This document shows, piece by piece, positions 41,416 through 49,736 of a stretch of 64,000 nucleotides of DNA. Each line of letters begins with the position of its first letter. Positions within the stretch are counted from its first letter, which is position 1. Source of the stretch: a virus. The position numbers and the translations under genes were made by a program. Location of the stretch: positions 1 through 64,000 of IMG/VR virus record IMGVR_UViG_3300037424_001177; one strand, written 5' to 3'. Under the pieces are notes generated by a model. The model had not been told where the DNA came from, ran no database searches, and saw nothing but the letters and a program-made list of their open reading frames with translations.

Positions 41416-42035
41416 AAATGTTGGTGTCCGCTCTTCGATGCTGCTTGCAGTTTGAGCGTATTGGGCGTCGGATGGGGCCCGATGGTGATTTCGTGGCTCC
41501 TATTTGTGGGGCCCGTCAGGTTCGTGAGAATGACACCCCTGTCGTCGTTTCATTGACTAGCGGAAAGTTCACCGTCACTCGACCTCTTGAGGGTATGGTG
41601 CGTCACGCTTTCACTGTTTGTGAGATGGAAAAAGAAGCCTCTCTTTTGAGCGCGTTGTACAGTGAGCTGGACAAGCTGTCGACTTTTCACTCGTGGGGAA
41701 ATCGCTGCACTTCTTTTCGACCAGCGTACGATAAAGTCAGAGAAGCAGGTTTGTACCCAAGCTCTCTTGTCTTGCCATACAAACTCTTGCACCTTGTTTG
41801 CGAGGGAGGTCTATCCGAGAGCGATGCAGATCATTTGATGCTGACGCGCGGCTGTGTCACGACTGTCCAATCTCTCAAAGTAGTTTGTGCGGGGGATGCT
41901 TTGGCTGACAATGCTGCTCTCATGTTCGCGGAGCCGAAGGATGCGGGCTTCTACTTCCGTTCTGATGACCATGTGTCCGTGTGTTTGACCAAGGCCGATC
42001 GTGCTGTGGTTGTGATTCATGACTTGGCTAGATGA
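41412..42035 (+). CDS. Hypothetical protein
   Basis: GTGA overlap with the previous stop. Confidence 0.65.
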   Translation: MKMLVSALRCCLQFERIGRRMGPDGDFVAPICGARQVRENDTPVVVSLTSGKFTVTRPLEGMVRHAFTVCEMEKEASLLSALYSELDKLSTFHSWGNRCTSFRPAYDKVREAGLYPSSLVLPYKLLHLVCEGGLSESDADHLMLTRGCVTTVQSLKVVCAGDALADNAALMFAEPKDAGFYFRSDDHVSVCLTKADRAVVVIHDLAR

Positions 42036-42714
42036 CCTTGTCCACCATGCTCAGGGCTTAGACGGAACACAGGCACAGGAAGCTCTGTGGGCACGAGGAG
42101 CATCAAGCGAACAGATCGCTCGACACCAAGTGGGATTTTTGAATTCCCCTTTGCCTTCTCTCGTGCCGAAGGAGTTTCAGTTGTGGTGGGCGGGTCGAAA
42201 GCTGGACAACGCTTTCCTCTTTCCCCTAACGGACGCTCTTGGGTGCGTGCGAGGACTTCAGTTTCGAAGCATCGACCAAGCTGTTCGCGGGTACCACGAC
42301 TATGTAGTGGACCGCAACGTGCTGTGCTCGTTTGGCCTAGGGGCTACGGCCCCGATAATTTGGGCAGCACAACGCGCCGTGTTGGTTGAGGGCGTCTTTG
42401 ATTTCTTCCCTGTTGAGCGTGTGTTCCCGGAGACAGCTGCGGTTCTTGGCTTGTCTCCGTCGCGCCTGATGCTCAGATTTCTCCGACGCATGGTTTCGGA
42501 CATAGTTCTCCTAGCTGACGCGGATTTGGAGGGTAGGCGGGCTGTGCGGCGATTTCAGGATCATTACGGCGCGGAGTTCCGGATACAGGACGTCTGTTTG
42601 CGCGTGGCCAGAAAACGAGGCGGGATGACCAAAGATCCCGGCGAGTTGTGGGAGGAACTTGGTGACGCCGAATTGCGACGACTTTTTGTTGGTGCCGGTG
42701 TTGTGGCGATTTGA
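42019..42714 (+). CDS. DnaG-like primase core (TOPRIM), no zinc-binding domain
   Basis: LWARG, FPLTD..G..RS, LVEGVFD, DADLEG, KDPGE. Confidence 0.88.
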   Translation: MTWLDDLVHHAQGLDGTQAQEALWARGASSEQIARHQVGFLNSPLPSLVPKEFQLWWAGRKLDNAFLFPLTDALGCVRGLQFRSIDQAVRGYHDYVVDRNVLCSFGLGATAPIIWAAQRAVLVEGVFDFFPVERVFPETAAVLGLSPSRLMLRFLRRMVSDIVLLADADLEGRRAVRRFQDHYGAEFRIQDVCLRVARKRGGMTKDPGELWEELGDAELRRLFVGAGVVAI

Positions 42715-42729
42715 AGGAGGTCCCAAATT

Positions 42730-43239
42730 ATGTCGAAAGTCTGGTCTGAAGGTGAAGCTGTGCAAAAGGTCGCGGTGGCGTTGATTCCAAAATACCACTC
42801 TGAGTTGGCGGATGCTCGTTTGATGTACGTCTTTGTAAGTGAAGCATCGACCGACAAGAATGGACGTCAGGTCCCAGGGAAATCCCGGCGGATCACTGGC
42901 TTCCTAGAGTGGGCTCTGGATTGCGATTTCGTCATCGAGATCGCGGCCGATGTGTGGAAGACGCTCGATGCGGATCAACGCACCGCGTTAGTTGACCATT
43001 ACTTGGAGCGCTGCACAGGTGAGGAGGACGAAGAGACAGGGGAGATGACCTGGAAGCTTCGGGAGCCCGACGTCTCCGAGTTCCAAACGATCCTGGAGCG
43101 GCACGGTGCCTGGCATGATCAGCTGACAGGGTTTGTGTCCGTTGCGCAGAAGATCGACATTTCGTTCTTGTCGACTGATAGCTTGCAGGAAGCTGATCAA
43201 GAGACAAACGGTAGCAGCGACCTCTTACAGTCCACCTGA
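42730..43239 (+). CDS. Phage metallopeptidase-like protein, degenerate motif
   Basis: DFVIEI..W..L..QRTALVDHYLERC..PDVSEF..RHGAW. Confidence 0.7.
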   Translation: MSKVWSEGEAVQKVAVALIPKYHSELADARLMYVFVSEASTDKNGRQVPGKSRRITGFLEWALDCDFVIEIAADVWKTLDADQRTALVDHYLERCTGEEDEETGEMTWKLREPDVSEFQTILERHGAWHDQLTGFVSVAQKIDISFLSTDSLQEADQETNGSSDLLQST

Positions 43240-43251
43240 TCGCTGTCAGCG

Positions 43252-44649
43252 ATGTGGGATGTTAGGTACAGGCCGCTGCGGTTCAGCGACGTGCTCGGCC
43301 AAGAGGGAGCCGTCCAAGTCCTGAAGTCGCGTTTGCGTCGAGGCACAGGGCTCGACACGAGCTACATTTTCAGTGGAGGAGCTGGACGCGGCAAAACAAC
43401 CCTGGCCCGCATCCTGGCCCGCGCTTTGTTGTGTCAGGCCCTAACTGAGGACTCTGAGCCGTGCAATCAGTGTGAAAACTGCCTCGATACACTGAATGAG
43501 ACTGCCCCGGCTTTGCAGGAGATGGACGCCGCTAGTCGAGGCACTATCGACAATGTCAGAGCCATTGTCGATAGCTTGCCGTTTTTGGTCGCAGGCGCGA
43601 CGAAACGAATTTACATTTTCGACGAAGTCCATCGCATGAGTCGGGACGCCCAGGATGTGCTTCTGAAGCCGTTGGAAGACAAACTACTAGTAGGTATTTT
43701 CTGTACTACGGAACCTGACAAGATACGGACACCGATCCGTTCCCGTTGTGAGGAGCACCAGATTCGGAGGATTACTCGGGAACACGTGTTTGCACGTCTT
43801 ACGTTGGTTCTTACTCAAGAGGGCGTGACGTACGAAGACGACGCTGTGTGGACGGTGGTGGACCACTCCTTGGGGCATGTGCGTGACGCTCTAAACACGT
43901 TGGAGATGCTAGCCCAGTTGGGTCCTGTCACGCTGACTTCGGCACGTGAGCACTTGAATCTATCGGATGTTGCACGGTACTATGAGATCCTATTGGCTCT
44001 TGGCGACACTCCCACAGCAGTACAGTTGATCGAGGAGATCTGTGATCGTGTTTCTCCGGAGACAGTTTCTGAGGGCTTGGCTGAGGCTGCGATGAACAGC
44101 TTTCGTCTGGCCAACAACATGGTAGCCGACTACTCACGTGTCGATCGTGACTTGGCGGCTCGTGTTTGGACTAAATACCAAGCCGGCGTGATCCGTTTGG
44201 TTGAATACTTGATGAAGCCTGGACGTGTTACACGATCAAGTTTGATCTGCGATGCTGTCTTGTGTGCTTCTGGCGCTCCTGACAGACCGACTCAGCCTTC
44301 AATTCCCAGTCTATCTGCCGTTATATCACCACAGGTCCCCCCGCTACAACACAATCCGGACAAGCTTGTCGTAGCGGCACCTACAGTGCTACAACACAAT
44401 CCAGCAAAGCTTGTCGTAGCGGCACCTACAGTGACTGGGTTGCGTGCAGACGGGATCGGAAATTTGGGATCCCCTGATGTGCAGGCGTTGACATCCATGG
44501 ATGTGGTGGCCGTTCCTCGAGAGGCGTCACGAGGACAGAAAACGGATCCAGTACCGAAGCCTAAAGTTCTCTCACGAGAAGGATTTTTGACGCCTCCGGA
44601 ATGGCGACTGAAATTTTGGCAACTCCACACCACTCTGGCAGGCGCGTAA
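43252..44649 (+). CDS. dnaX: Clamp loader gamma/tau subunit
   Basis: YRPLRFSDVLGQ, GRGKTT, PCNQCENC, EMDAAS, DEVHRMS, IRSRC. Confidence 0.95.
   Translation: MWDVRYRPLRFSDVLGQEGAVQVLKSRLRRGTGLDTSYIFSGGAGRGKTTLARILARALLCQALTEDSEPCNQCENCLDTLNETAPALQEMDAASRGTIDNVRAIVDSLPFLVAGATKRIYIFDEVHRMSRDAQDVLLKPLEDKLLVGIFCTTEPDKIRTPIRSRCEEHQIRRITREHVFARLTLVLTQEGVTYEDDAVWTVVDHSLGHVRDALNTLEMLAQLGPVTLTSAREHLNLSDVARYYEILLALGDTPTAVQLIEEICDRVSPETVSEGLAEAAMNSFRLANNMVADYSRVDRDLAARVWTKYQAGVIRLVEYLMKPGRVTRSSLICDAVLCASGAPDRPTQPSIPSLSAVISPQVPPLQHNPDKLVVAAPTVLQHNPAKLVVAAPTVTGLRADGIGNLGSPDVQALTSMDVVAVPREASRGQKTDPVPKPKVLSREGFLTPPEWRLKFWQLHTTLAGA
44343..44432 (+). repeat. 45-nt tandem repeat x2 in dnaX; each unit is an imperfect palindrome
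   Basis: LQHNPDKLVVAAPTV / LQHNPAKLVVAAPTV; GCTACAAC...GTCGTAGC. Confidence 0.9.
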
Positions 44650-44682
44650 TTTGTGGGCGAGCGAGACCCTAAGGTTCAGACA

Positions 44683-44763
44683 ATGATCCGAACCTTCCGT
44701 TACCCTCTCCGGCCTACCAAGGCTACAACACACAGGCAAGTTTTGCACGTCTGTGTGTTGTAG
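44683..44763 (+). pseudogene. tnpB: tnpB remnant: 5' 42 nt fused to a 13-bp hairpin
   Basis: 44683-44724 matches 37747-37788 at 41/42; followed by CTACAACACACAG...CTGTGTGTTGTAG. Confidence 0.85.
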
Positions 44764-44777
44764 TCGAAGTCTGGTTT

Positions 44778-46634
44778 ATGGACAAAGCCGGCGAATGGGT
44801 AGTCCTTGAGTTGAGCTCTCGTGGTGAGCAAGAGGACCCCAAGATCCTTTCGGACGCTATTACACGATCACTGAAGGGCGCTGAGGTATTTGTCCCGGCT
44901 GCTGTGTCTGTAGTCGGTGGCAGCCGAACCTATCAGTATTTGGTGGACGGCTACGCATTTGTCAAACTTGACGGTCGCCGTCGAACTGACGATTTCTTCA
45001 AACTCGAGGGCACCAAGTTCGTGACTTCCGTCCTGGTGAAACCCGGACACAATAGGACTTTGTCAACTGTAGGCGATGACGCTATACAGAAATTACAAAA
45101 TCAGATACACACGTTCACGGATCAGGGCATAGGTATTGGCGATGTCGTCGTGATCACTACAGGCATATATCATGGTTTGCAAGCTGACGTTTACGAGGAG
45201 ATACCGGAACGTGACATGGTACAAGTTCGTCTCAAGTTGAGATCCAAGGAAGCCTTGTTGACGATTCCTCGATCTGCCTTGCAAGTTGTGGAGCGAGCCA
45301 CGTGGTCCAATCAGCGCGATCGTATTGATCTTTTGCTGAAGTGGACTCGTGACACCCAAGTGATTTTCTGTTGGAACTCTTTGACGCCGGATCTTTTGGT
45401 GAGTGTCTATCGGGATTTTCGATCTGTCAATCAGTGGTACGTTTCTGGTCGTTATTTGTGCGGATTCTTGGCTTTTGATACCACGATTCGGCAACAATGG
45501 CAGTTGTTGAATCGTGATTGTGTCGGCTACAACCGTCTCCATCGTCTGGAGAGTCGTGGACATTTGTTGTGTGCGTTTGTTGTCGCGTATCGTTTGTCCG
45601 AGACTGGCCTGCGAACGATACGTCAGTGGTGGCGCCACCTAAAACATGTGGCGAGCATAGTTGAGCGTTTGCAGAGACTTTGGGAAGAGGTCGACAACTT
45701 GTCACGACAGTTTTCGTCACAACAAGAGGATGGAGGGAAGTTGATACACAACGTCATCGTAGACGGTCACGCTTTGGCGTACCGTTGCTTCTACGCTAAA
45801 GGCCTGAACACTCTGACACATCAAGGGGAGCCGTCCGGAGCCGTCCTCGGATTTTTTCGCAGCTTGGCTTCGCTCCGAAAGCGTTACTCGACTGCGGCCT
45901 TGCGGGTGGTGTGGGATGGGTCCTCTGCACGTCGCAAGGCCCGATATACCGCCTACAAGGCCACGAGGAAGTCTCAGGACATCTCGTGGGTGGTTGCTAC
46001 GCTGCGCACACTGCTACCAGTTGTAGGGGTCAGACAACACTGGAACCCTGCTGAGGAGGCGGATGATGTGATTGCGACTTTGGTGAGGCACGATCTGGTT
46101 GATCAGAACAACCTCATCTTTTCGTCGGACCGGGATTTCCTACAGTTGGTTACTGACCGTACACATGTTTTGGTGCCAGCTACGGGTGCACGTAATGAAG
46201 TGCTCTTTGATCCTGCGGAGGTATCTCGTCGCTTTGGGGTACCACCTGGAAAGATGCTCGAATTGCGAGCTATGTTTGGTGACTCGAGCGATAATTTGAC
46301 CGGTGTCTGTCGAGTGCCGAAGAAAGTGCTCACGGATCTCTTGAAAGCCTACGGCTCTGTTGACAGGGTCTATCAGTCCGGGCTGGCGTCTGTGACAAAG
46401 GCGCAGTATGCTCGTTTGCAGACTGCGGAGTCGACAGTCAAGTTGAACCTGGAACTGATGTCCCTACAGGACGTGGACGTAACAACGATCTCTGCGGAGC
46501 CTGATCAAGCCTCCGCCACCAGACGTTTGCAGTCCATTGGCATACAATCTGAAGGTTTGTTGTCTGCATTTTTTCCGCAGTCGGATGTCGTAGTTGGTAA
46601 CGACTCGCAGGACTACATGTCACTTGCGATTTAA
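44778..46634 (+). CDS. NusG-like (NGN+KOW) domain fused to a FEN/Pol I-type 5'-3' exonuclease
   Basis: WVVL..EVFVP..DGYAFV, KOW IGDVVVITTGIYHG; IVDG, VWDG, YKATR, EADD, SSDRD, GDSSDN. Confidence 0.85.
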   Translation: MDKAGEWVVLELSSRGEQEDPKILSDAITRSLKGAEVFVPAAVSVVGGSRTYQYLVDGYAFVKLDGRRRTDDFFKLEGTKFVTSVLVKPGHNRTLSTVGDDAIQKLQNQIHTFTDQGIGIGDVVVITTGIYHGLQADVYEEIPERDMVQVRLKLRSKEALLTIPRSALQVVERATWSNQRDRIDLLLKWTRDTQVIFCWNSLTPDLLVSVYRDFRSVNQWYVSGRYLCGFLAFDTTIRQQWQLLNRDCVGYNRLHRLESRGHLLCAFVVAYRLSETGLRTIRQWWRHLKHVASIVERLQRLWEEVDNLSRQFSSQQEDGGKLIHNVIVDGHALAYRCFYAKGLNTLTHQGEPSGAVLGFFRSLASLRKRYSTAALRVVWDGSSARRKARYTAYKATRKSQDISWVVATLRTLLPVVGVRQHWNPAEEADDVIATLVRHDLVDQNNLIFSSDRDFLQLVTDRTHVLVPATGARNEVLFDPAEVSRRFGVPPGKMLELRAMFGDSSDNLTGVCRVPKKVLTDLLKAYGSVDRVYQSGLASVTKAQYARLQTAESTVKLNLELMSLQDVDVTTISAEPDQASATRRLQSIGIQSEGLLSAFFPQSDVVVGNDSQDYMSLAI

Positions 46635-46654
46635 CTCTTCGTGGAGGTAAGCAC

Positions 46655-47317
46655 GTGAGCACTGCTGGATATGTGATCTCGATTGACCCGATGAGATTGG
46701 CTACCCGATTCTCTTCTGAAGACGACGCCTTTTTTGCTGACGACACAGGTGACAGTGTCGATGCTGATTCTATCGAAGGCGTCAGTACCGAGGATTTGGA
46801 AGAGTTCTTTGCCACTAGTTCGTACGAAGAGAAAATCATGCCACTGTTGGACCGTATCCCGGGGCGTGAGGCTGACTTGATTTTGCTTTACTACATTTTG
46901 CGGAAGAAGCAGGCCGACATTGCAGCGATCTTCGAAGTGACGCAGGCGGCTGTCAGCTACCGACTCGCTCGCGGGATCAAACGACTGAAATTCTTGTTGA
47001 GCATACCGCAGGTCACGGAAGAGGACATGCGCACTGATTTGGCATCACTGTTCAGTCCTCGAGACACCAACATTTTGGTGGGCATGTGGCAGACCACCTG
47101 TCAGTCTGAAGTGGCTTTGCGCTTGCATATTCCACAGAGTGGTGTGCGACACTATTTTTTTCGTGCTGTTGATCGCTTGAAAAGCGCAGCCGGAGAAGAT
47201 CCAAAGTACGTTCCGTATGAGAAGATTTTCAGCACTATTGCTGCGAAAAATTTTAATATCTTGCGCGCCGTATCGTTGCCCCAGTGGGCAAATAGGGGTG
47301 GAAACGTTTGTGAGTGA
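46655..47317 (+). CDS. Protein with two sigma-70 region-4-like HTHs and an acidic N-terminus
   Basis: IPGREADLILLYY..QADIAAIFEVTQAAVSYRL and SPRDTNIL..QSEVALRLHIPQSGVRHYF. Confidence 0.8.
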   Translation: MSTAGYVISIDPMRLATRFSSEDDAFFADDTGDSVDADSIEGVSTEDLEEFFATSSYEEKIMPLLDRIPGREADLILLYYILRKKQADIAAIFEVTQAAVSYRLARGIKRLKFLLSIPQVTEEDMRTDLASLFSPRDTNILVGMWQTTCQSEVALRLHIPQSGVRHYFFRAVDRLKSAAGEDPKYVPYEKIFSTIAAKNFNILRAVSLPQWANRGGNVCE

Positions 47318-47588
47318 CGTGATTACTGCTGATTCTGTGGAAGCTGTCAGTATCCGAGTTGCGAAAGCTCTCGACGTTGCAGTGAACGGTCCGCGCATTT
47401 TTTACGGACAAGGCTGTTTTGTTGTCGCTAAGTGCAAGACAGGTAAGCACATTCTCAGGGGGGGTTTGGGTGCGCTTGGGGTTGGTCAGATGTGGTTCGA
47501 GACGACTGACGACGACCGTAACGCCCCAGAATTTGACCACTTGCCGGTCACGCTCTGCGAGGACTGCTCGGCTGACGCCGTTGCGTAA
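47310..47588 (+). CDS. Hypothetical Cys-containing protein
   Basis: SD GGGGTGG before GTG; C..GKH...CEDC. Confidence 0.55.
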   Translation: MSDVITADSVEAVSIRVAKALDVAVNGPRIFYGQGCFVVAKCKTGKHILRGGLGALGVGQMWFETTDDDRNAPEFDHLPVTLCEDCSADAVA

Positions 47589-47595
47589 TCACACT

Positions 47596-47607
47596 AATTC
47601 GTTTGTT
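47596..47607 (+). promoter_or_regulatory. Late-type promoter-like motif at the start of the structural block
   Basis: AATTCGTTTGTT begins 26 nt before GTG 47622. Confidence 0.5.
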
Positions 47608-47621
47608 CATTTGCCGAGTTT

Positions 47622-48527
47622 GTGGCGATCTCGGCAGCCAGTATCAGCGTTCAGGACGTAGGATTTAGCACTACTGTCGCAGGACGCGTCTGGCGTTGGA
47701 AGACCCGACTGGATGTCACGGGCGCATATCCTGTGTACGCCGTTGTTGAGATCGTGACACCGTTTGGGTTGTTTCGCGACACTATACCTTTGCCTGGTGA
47801 GGTGGTTCAAGCGATGAGCGAGTCTATTGACACGCTCAAGGCGACCTACAAACCGAGGATCTTGGTCGGGCCTCCAACGTCCCTTGGGTTTGCTGTTGAT
47901 GAGGGTCGCGGACTGTCAGTGACCCAAACGGTCTTGGTCGCCAACAACGGCACGTTTGGTTCGTTGTTGAACGCCGTCCTTACTTCGTCGGCACCGTACA
48001 TTCAAGCCACGCCAGGCTCGGTAGGAAATTTAGCGTCCAATGAGTCAGGGTCGTTCAGTGTGGCTGTCGATTCCACGGACTTGGTGGCCTCCAGTAGCCC
48101 CTATTCCGGGATGATTACTGTGCAGGACCCCACAGCTCTAAACACGCCACAGACGGTTCCTGTGCTCATCTCTGTGAGACCCAAGGCTGTCATCGTATTG
48201 TCGACGCCGTTGGTTCAATTCAGTGTCGTACGTCCGATAAGCGGACCGTTCCCGGTCGTCCCCAGTCAGCAATTCAATGTGTCGAACACAGGGGCATCTG
48301 GTTCGGTTCTCGAGTTTCAAGTAGCTCGACTGACGGGCCTGTCACTCTCGTGGCTTTCTTCATTCACGCCTGTGTCTGGTACAGTGACGACAGGGGTACA
48401 GGCCGTGAGTATTTTGGTTGAGCCTGTTGATGGGTTGTTGCCTGGGACGTACGAAGAGACACTTCGTGTTTCGGGGTACAGTTTGAACAACTACGTGGAC
48501 GTTTCGGTTCGACTGGTGGTTACATGA
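47622..48527 (+). CDS. Virion protein with two Ig/BACON-like domains
   Basis: Repeated VxNxG..GSxL..W/Y..PxSG..GxY..(I/L)xV pattern. Confidence 0.65.
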   Translation: MAISAASISVQDVGFSTTVAGRVWRWKTRLDVTGAYPVYAVVEIVTPFGLFRDTIPLPGEVVQAMSESIDTLKATYKPRILVGPPTSLGFAVDEGRGLSVTQTVLVANNGTFGSLLNAVLTSSAPYIQATPGSVGNLASNESGSFSVAVDSTDLVASSSPYSGMITVQDPTALNTPQTVPVLISVRPKAVIVLSTPLVQFSVVRPISGPFPVVPSQQFNVSNTGASGSVLEFQVARLTGLSLSWLSSFTPVSGTVTTGVQAVSILVEPVDGLLPGTYEETLRVSGYSLNNYVDVSVRLVVT

Positions 48528-48769
48528 GGATCGAATTTTCGACTACAAGCTTCGACAGCTTTCTTGGCGCACCGTGTGTGACATCAATACGGAGACGGGT
48601 CAAAGTCGCGACGATTCCTGACTTGAACGGTTTTCGGCGAGTATCAGCCGACACACTGGTCAATTTAGCGTCACGCGATTTGTGGGGGATCCGACGTGAC
48701 GGCGGAGACTTGTATATTGAGCGTCTATTTCAGGACAACGGATCCCCACTGAAGGAATCGAATGCCTGA
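48524..48769 (+). CDS. Hypothetical (head-associated) protein
   Basis: ATGA overlap in the structural operon. Confidence 0.65.
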   Translation: MRIEFSTTSFDSFLGAPCVTSIRRRVKVATIPDLNGFRRVSADTLVNLASRDLWGIRRDGGDLYIERLFQDNGSPLKESNA

Positions 48770-49736
48770 GCAACCTCCGCCTCCGACGGCGCTGAAACGG
48801 CAGATCCCCAAGGACTACCCGTTTGCTTCGCGGTCCCTCAAACCTCTCGCAAGGACGTTGTGGGCGGCCAGCGTTGGTCTAGGCCACGCACTGTCGGCGT
48901 ATCGACATTTTAGCCGAATCAAGAGTTCCACAGTCAGTCCAGACGGGCTGATTGGTGGACGTGGCTACGTCTCGAGCGTGCAGGACATCCGGCGCATGTT
49001 GAACCAGGCGTGTGAGAACTTGAGCGCCGCTACGGACGTCCTGCACGACGAGATCAATGCTCTTCATTGGAAGACTGAACTGAAGGAGCTTCCAACGGAT
49101 GACCAGAAAGACATTGAGCTGTTCGTAGAAGAGTCTGAAGACCTTCGTAAGCGACCTGAAAGATCTGAGAAAGTTTTGCAGGACACGGAGAATTCCAACA
49201 ACAAGTCGAGATCTAAGGAGTCATCATACCGTTACGATTGGACCGCCAGTTGTGGGGATCCTCTTTCGGAAGATGATCAGGTTTGGTCCAGTTTGGATTT
49301 CGCCACATCGACCGTTCCTGATGACGCGTGGGACGAAACTCCAACTGACGCGTGGGATTTTGGTATGGGCTATGGTGCTCGAGGACAAGGAATTGACTAC
49401 GGCTACTGGGGCCCTGTGTCGCAGCAGCCAGGTCAAGATGTCCCTCCTACACATGAATCCTCACCTATGAGTGATAGTCGACATTCGTTCGGCCTTCTTC
49501 CGAACGACAGCGAGAGCCCTGTTGCGCGGGCTGATTACTATCGGGGTGACGGAGGTAACTTGGTCAACACACAATCTCAGCTGCCAGATCATGAGCCCAG
49601 TCTGTCGGTTATTGATCGGGATTTGATGAACACGAGTTACAGCGAGCAAGACGTGACCACTCCTTACGTGCGTTTTTCGCCGACTACTGTCGAATACCGG
49701 CCAGATCCACTCTACGATTGGCCCCAGGAGACCTGA
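48762..49736 (+). CDS. Hypothetical (head-associated) protein with acidic C-terminal half
   Basis: Operon context. Confidence 0.65.
   Translation: MPEQPPPPTALKRQIPKDYPFASRSLKPLARTLWAASVGLGHALSAYRHFSRIKSSTVSPDGLIGGRGYVSSVQDIRRMLNQACENLSAATDVLHDEINALHWKTELKELPTDDQKDIELFVEESEDLRKRPERSEKVLQDTENSNNKSRSKESSYRYDWTASCGDPLSEDDQVWSSLDFATSTVPDDAWDETPTDAWDFGMGYGARGQGIDYGYWGPVSQQPGQDVPPTHESSPMSDSRHSFGLLPNDSESPVARADYYRGDGGNLVNTQSQLPDHEPSLSVIDRDLMNTSYSEQDVTTPYVRFSPTTVEYRPDPLYDWPQET

Noticed and set aside
43252-44649. dnaX programmed -1 frameshift
   Set aside because: No A AAA AAG slippery site or long A run was seen.
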